Assembly (NCBI RefSeq): GCF_009914755.1
Contig: NC_060936.1
Reading direction: 5' to 3' (one strand)
Length of the DNA: 64,000 bases
Origin: the human T2T-CHM13v2.0 reference genome, Homo sapiens
Shown: in pieces, positions 21,501 to 64,000 of the stretch
Layout: each line of letters starts with the position of its first letter
Numbering within the stretch: the stretch's first letter is position 1
The notes under the pieces: generated by a model
Told to the model about the DNA's origin: nothing
Seen by the model: only the letters and a program-made list of their open reading frames with translations
Database searches by the model: none
Translations under genes and position numbers: made by a program

Positions 21501-23474
21501 AGATGTAGAATAAGAGATGGGAGCTGGGAATCAAAAGCTTTCAGTTTCATTCCTGAGCTCTTCCTTGGGGCCTTTGGGGAGGCCTTAGTTCTTGGCTGGG
21601 GGTAGGATGACTGCAAGAATTGGGTCTGTATTTAATAAGCATGGCCTATCTCACTTGAGGCTTCAGTCAGATAGTGGATGTGAAAGCACTATAAATCTGT
21701 TGAGTATTTTACACGCGTAAGTGTTAGAATCATTCTTTTTTCTTAGCCCTGTGTCCTGAGTGCCCCCCAACCTGGACCACCTACCTCCAGTGTCACCACG
21801 GCAACTACTGACCCGGGGGCCTCCTCTCTGGGCAAGGCCCCCTCCAACTCAGGGAGACCCCCCCAACTCCTTAGCCCTCTGCTGGGTGCCAGCCTGCTGG
21901 GTGAGTCTGAGGGAGTGTGAATTCACACTCTTGGTGTGAAAAAGCAGGAGTAAAACTTGGGAGTAGTGGCTGAATAAATTGGGGAAGAAAGTCTTTGGCC
22001 ACTGGATAAAGCCTAAAGAGAATAGTAGGTCTGCTCAGCCTAATTGGTTTGCCTAGGGAGAGACCCCTGACTATAATTTCTCAACAGGTGACCTGTCTTC
22101 ACTGACCAGCAGCCCTGGAGCCCTCCCCAGCCTGTTGCAGCCTCCTGGCCCTCTTCTCTCTGGCCAGTTGGGGCTGCAGCTCCTCCCTGGGGGGGGAGCT
22201 CCTCCACCCCTCTCAGAGGCTTCTAGTCCCCTAGCCTGCCTGCTACAGAGTCTCCAGGTGAGGGTGTGGGCATATATTTGTCAGGGAGATAATTTTTTCT
22301 CAAACTGGAAATTTAGGGCTTTCTGAGTTATAGTAGAAGAGGGACGGTATTTGAGATTGACTGAGAACTTATTTTTTTGCCAGCAGATCCCTCCAGAGCA
22401 GCCAGAAGCCCCCTGTCTACCCCCCGAGAGCCCTGCCTCAGCCCTCGAACCAGAGCCTGCCAGGCCTCCCCTCAGTGCCTTAGCCCCACCCCATGGTTCT
22501 CCCGACCCCCCAGTCCCTGAGCTGCTCACTGGGAGGGGGTCAGGGAAACGGGGCCGGAGGGGAGGAGGGGGACTTAGGGGCATTAATGGTGAGGCCAGGC
22601 CAGCCCGGGGCCGAAAGCCTGGCAGCCGGCGGGAGCCTGGCCGACTGGCCCTCAAATGGGGGACACGTGGTGGCTTCAATGGACAAATGGAAAGGTCCCC
22701 AAGAAGAACCCACCATTGGCAGCATAATGGGGAGCTGGCTGAAGGGGGTGCTGAGCCCAAGGATCCACCCCCTCCCGGGCCCCATTCTGAGGACCTTAAG
22801 GTGAGTGCAGAGTGCTGGTAGTCTGGGCTCAGGGGCTCTGAGGAAAGGTTGGGGCTTTGGAGCCTTTTTCGAAATTTCCCACACACATAGTCCATCTTTT
22901 CTCAGGTGCCCCCGGGAGTAGTCAGAAAGTCTCGTCGTGGCCGTAGGAGAAAATACAAGTGAGTGTTGGGCCTACTATAGTGCTGGCCTTTGCCTACTTC
23001 TTTTTGGTTTGGACAGTTCTAATGTCCAAATAGTGGCTTGGTTTTCAAAAGGGCAGATTCTTATTTGAATATGAATAAGGATATTATGCCTTTACTATCC
23101 AAATGTAGAAAGTTTCCCACCCAAACTTCTGAAATTCACCTGGTGCTTGGGAGCTGTTCCTGATCATCTGTGCCCCTTATTGCAGCCCTACCCGGAACAG
23201 CAATAGCTCCCGCCAGGACATTACCTTGGAACCCAGCCCTACAGCCCGAGTAAGTGTGTGTTTGGGTGGATGGGTGGATGGGTAGGGTGTAAGGGATGAG
23301 GCGGCAGGAGGAAAGGAGGGTTAGAGGGAGTGGGGAGAAAAGAAGACTTCCTGATACCTAGCAATTGACCACTTCTATCAACTTCCCCTCTGATATTAGG
23401 CAGCTGTCCCTCTGCCTCCCCGGGCCCGCCCTGGCCGTCCTGCCAAAAACAAGAGGAGGAAACTGGCCCCATAG
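18544..23474 (+). CDS. MBD6: Methyl-CpG-binding domain protein 6, 1003 aa; coding exons 18544-18656, 18960-19062, 19193-19355, 19588-20628, 20806-21467, 21747-21900, 22088-22257, 22387-22800, 22906-22958, 23186-23249, 23400-23474
   Basis: [78 protein letters not shown] (MBD5/6-type MBD), long Pro-rich region, C-terminal ..[11 protein letters not shown]. Exons sum to 3012 nt. Confidence 0.97.
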
Positions 23475-24565
23475 CAGCCATACCTGGAGCTGGATCTGAC
23501 CCTGATTGGGGAGAGCTGAGTGCTGAGCCTTGGGAGCCCCTGCCAGCCACCTGCACCTGTGGACAGTGGGTGGGGGCACTACTCCCCACTCAGAGCACAA
23601 ATGCAACTCCTTCCCCTACAATCCCATCCTGAGCCATTGCAGGGGGCAGGGAAGTTCACCCCCCCCCACCACCCCCCCGCCCCCCCGAAGCCATGTCACT
23701 GAAAAGGCCTGGGGGGGATGGTATATGGCCCTTTCCCCACCAGGCGCTAAGGGGAACACCCCCTTCCCCAGGTCTTTTATTTGTTTAAGTTATTTTTGCA
23801 CAAATGACTCTTTTATATTTAATTCGATTTCATTGCCTCCCTTCTTAAAGCCAACAGGCTCAGTTTACAAACCTGTGAGCTACTGTTGGCTGCTGCCCTC
23901 CTTCCCAGTGAAAGGTACAAAGCAATAAGCATCATGCATCCTCCCCTTACCCCTCCAACACCCCTCTGCCTCTGGCTCAGGTTGCTCAAAGCACAGATCC
24001 TCTCTTACCCCGTCCCCAGGTTTGAAACACATAGCCTCATTTCAAGGTGTAGCCAGGTTCCCCCGACTTTCCTCTGGGATATAAAAAAGGGGGTAAGGGG
24101 GCAAAGAGAGCCCTCTGGGCCTCTCCTCCCATACACACTACACTGCCCCTTCTCCCCCCATCAAAACGCTCAGAGACGTTGTGATGATGCGACTGAGGAT
24201 TATGCAACGTGGTCCAACCGGAGCGGCCAGCATGACCAGCTGTCCAGGGGCTGCCTCCTGCCTTTTCTTTTGTAAAGACAAGACCCTTGGGAGTTTTAAT
24301 TCTGTTTTGTACTTGCCCTGTGGGGCCTCCACTGCTTTTCTATGGGAGACACTCTTAATTTAACAGATGAGAATATTTTGAAACTCTGGCTCTGGCTCTG
24401 TACTCATTTTTTATTTAGTTCTTTGGTAAGAACAGGTTACAATTTAAATCCATCTCTTGTAGTATAGAGTGGCTTAGATTGCCTGTTATGACGAATGAAT
24501 ATCTATATCCTAGTGCTGCTTCCTCCCCAGGAAACACAGCAGAGGCCACACAGAGTACAACAGCA

Positions 24566-24571
24566 TTTAAT
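24566..24571 (-). terminator. DCTN2: Probable DCTN2 polyadenylation signal (ATTAAA); distal AATAAA at 24415-24410
   Basis: TTTAAT on + about 360 nt past the stop; TTTATT on + at 24410-24415. Confidence 0.6.
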
Positions 24572-24928
24572 GGTCAGAAACAGTTGTACAGTATTACAGT
24601 CAGCCACAGAAGCTGTGTTGGGGGACAAGACCCAATCCTTCCCCACACCAGGCAAAGCAGTATTGGACATGAGTTGGCATGTGGCTGGGCCCACGTCCTT
24701 ATCCCCCAGGCCTGAGGGGAGACCACCTTCTGATGATAACCAACCCCTAGCTACCACTCTGTATTCATCAGGGGAGGGGTATAAACCCCACATGCAAGAA
24801 GAACCCTTGCCCCCAGTGTCAAATGGGATGGGGATGCTAGAGTTATAGTAAAGGGGAAACCCTATGTAAGCTGTTAACAGAGTTCACAGGGGTAGGGATA
24901 ACCCCTGTTCTCCAGCTCCCAAATGTGC

Positions 24929-41302
<16,374 letters not shown>

Positions 41303-42143
41303 GGCGGCGGCGAGACGGGCTGGGGGACCCGGGCCTCGGTGGAGCCGGGGCCGGTGTTCGGGTAGGGGAGAGGCTGGGTTCGGGTCCCGGGCTAAGGCGG
41401 CGGCAAAGGGAGCGGCAGATGAGCAGGAAGTCTCGCGACAGCAGTAGCACAGCAGAAGGGTAAAGCAAAAGTCGCGAGAACAGCCCTGCTGCCACACCCC
41501 TGGAGAGGCCGGGATTGGGGAGAACGAGGCCAGGGAATGAGGTAATGGCCAGGGGACGCCGCCTAGGATTGTGGGATGTGTAGTTTTGGTGTACTGGAGC
41601 TTGGGCGGGGAGCGACAATAACGAACCTTGGGGAGCTATTTCATACAGCCTTTTCTCTCACTTTTACAGCAAGTCAGTGAAAGAACATTTATAATTCCTG
41701 TTTGGGGCTCCCAGGAATAAAATGACTAGATTAAATGATACAGGTAGTCATACTGTGACACAGCCGGGGTTTCAAAAACAAGAAGTTTGCTTGATACTGT
41801 GTATTATAAAAACAAAATAAAAACAAGAAGTAAAATTTAGTAAACGCGTAGTGTATGTTAGGAATGAAAAAGTTAGGCAATCTTCTCAAGTAAGGGCTTT
41901 CAGATAATTTGAATTTCAGATAATAAGTAGGTGTGTGTGTGTGGTGTGTGGTGTGTGGGTATACTAACCCCCCAAAAATTAAGTATCTGAAATTCACATT
42001 TAACTGGGCATCCTGTTTTTGTTTTTTGTTTTTCAAATCTGGCAATTCTATCTGAAGTTCATAAGTAGGTAAGTGGTGTCTCCATGTCTGTCTGAACACT
42101 CTCTGGGCTCTTAACTACTTCGTTAATAGTTCTCAGACTTTTA

Positions 42144-42436
42144 TTTATTTTTCAATTTTTTCAATTTTGTGGGTACACAGTAGGTGTATGTATTTATGGG
42201 ACACATGAGATATTTTGATACAGGCATGCAATGTGAAATAAGCACATCATGGAGAAGAGGGTATCCATCCTCTCAAGCATTTATCCTTTAAGTTACAAAT
42301 AATCCAATTACTCTTTAAGTTATTTTAAAATGTACAGTTGAGTTATTCTTGACTATAGTCACCCTATTGTGCCATCAAATAGTAGGTCTTATTATACTTT
42401 CTAATTTTTTGTACCTATTCACCAACCTTACCTTCC
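42144..42436 (-). mobile_element. 5'-truncated L1MA-type 3' end between DCTN2 and KIF5A
   Basis: L1MA 3' text (GTGGGTACACAGTAGGTGTATGTATTTATGGG..CAGGCATGCAATGTGAAATAAGCACATC); perfect 15-bp TSD GTTCTCAGACTTTTA at 42129-42143 and 42437-42451. Confidence 0.85.
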
Positions 42437-44019
42437 GTTCTCAGACTTTTAAATTTCATCGTTCAATAAAATTAAAACAACTACAAACCTTGAAGATTTG
42501 CCTTTTTATTTTATCAAGTAAGTATATTACAAATAGAAAACCTATTATTTACTGTCACCATCATTACTTGGTAGAAAAGCAAGAAGGACACACTCAGAAT
42601 AAAAGATAGTCCTTTGAAACTTATCAAATCCATCTTTATATTAAAAAAAAACTCACCATTGTTCTTTTGGAGGTGAGGGCATACTCAGTGAACTTTTGTC
42701 TCTGACCAGTGACCCTCCATGGACTGGCATTTTGAAACCCCTTTACTAAAGATGCCACCTTGGAGCCCCTGGGGACCCAAGGATGGGATGTTTCCCAGGA
42801 TGTTTCCTGAGCTTGCAGGATGCTGCAACACTTAGAAATTGTGCCAAACCAAGTGACTAGAGAGTTCCTGAGTTCGGAACTCGTTGTCTTTCTTTCTCCT
42901 GGCTCCTCCCCAAGCCTCTATCCCTTTCTCCATAGTCCTACAGCTTTCCTGTCCCATTCCTTATGTTGGACTCTTTTCTTTCAGTTCCCTTAAGATTCAA
43001 GGTAGGTTAGAGGTGTAGCCCCAATGTGGGAAACCCCCTGAGTTCTGAATAGTTAGGTCTTGTCTGGCCAGGCTATCAGCCTCTTACTTTTGTCCCATAG
43101 TGTCTTAAGTGACCTTAACCACTCACCAGACAGTTGCTGAGCAGAACTTTCCTTTCCTCCTCCTTCTCCCATCCACCCTGCCCTTCCTCTTTGCCTAGAA
43201 CCTCAACTCCTGCAGTCCAACTCTCTGTTGGCCAGCAGAGGCCTGTGACATGGAGAAAAATCAATTTGGCCAGCTTCTTGGTGGTTCTTTCCAGGGGCTG
43301 CAGCAGGAGTCTGACCCAAAGGAAGGAAGGACAAGGAATCTCTGGGCTTGGCATTTCTTTCGTTTTTCTTCCCCCACACCTTTTTTTTTTTGGCCAGGGA
43401 AGGGGGCTGAAGTATTGGGACTCTATCCTCCAATGGTTACTGAGACAGAAAACACACACTCCCGTAGGTATCTGAATTTGCCTGAAACCCAAATGCCGGC
43501 TTTGCCTCAGACTTCAAAGTCTCTCTGGCCTTACCCATCCCCATCATTGCCCCTCCTTCACTGCTTTCTGACTCCCTTTCTCTTGCAAAGATGTTTCCCA
43601 CCCATCTTCCTCCCATCCTCAGCCTAGGACACAAAAATAAGTATTGTATCTGCTTTTGAATTCCCATAACCCAGAATGGGAGTTTATCTTCCCTGAAACT
43701 GGGGACCTGGTGTGTACGTTGGGGAGACAGTATAGTGCACCTTTGGATGTGGAAGGGGAAGGGAGTAGCCAGAACCTCCCACGACACCCAACTTCATAGG
43801 AGTACAGGCAGGGGTCCCCCCAGAAAGCTGAGTGGGTTGGGAGTCCAGCTTCCGTGCATGTGGGGCATGGGATGGGCGTAGGGGGAGAATGAGAAGTGTG
43901 ATCCCAGTTTGGAGAGAGGACTGTGACGGGTTGGGGGATGCCCTGGAATAAAGGGAGAGGGAGATCTGTTGACCCTTTTCGCTACACAGGCGACAGGCCC
44001 ACCTCAGTCCCCTTATCCC

Positions 44020-63924
<19,905 letters not shown>

Positions 63925-64000
63925 TAGAGAGGGATAGGTGGGAGTGAGGGGCAGTGGGAAGAGGAGGAGGATGTTTGGGAGCCAACTCTGTTTGGGTGGT

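Noticed and set aside
20861-21616. 251-aa - strand ORF (and the 204-aa ORF at 22281-22895)
   Set aside because: Antisense shadows of Pro-rich MBD6 exons; low complexity, no independent gene signals.

Overview
Human (primate) genomic DNA, recognisable from its encoded proteins as the 12q13.3 cluster. Order: 3' part of MARS1 (+, last 10 exons) >< DDIT3/CHOP (-) <> MBD6 (+) >< DCTN2 (-) <> 5' part of KIF5A (+, exons 1-11). Exon boundaries were read by hand from splice signals and frame continuity; spliced lengths give the expected 169 aa (CHOP), 1003 aa (MBD6) and 401 aa (DCTN2). The window also holds MIR616, the mirtron MIR6758, a U6 retro-fragment, a full-length SVA nested in an Alu, about 45 Alus, MaLR and ERV-L LTR pieces, L1/L2/MIR fragments and DNA MITEs. 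There is no prokaryotic-type system (no CRISPR, operon, rRNA or tRNA). Best leads: (1) an ATF4-like two-uORF leader in MBD6, which sits head-to-head with the stress gene DDIT3; (2) a possible Penelope-like reverse-transcriptase fossil in KIF5A intron 1; (3) an antisense HERV-L fragment apparently retrocopied by L1; (4) in-frame, stop-free exon blocks of KIF5A and DCTN2 flanked by inverted Alus; (5) transposon-derived regulatory and splice elements of DDIT3. Repeat boundaries and subfamily names are by eye and approximate.
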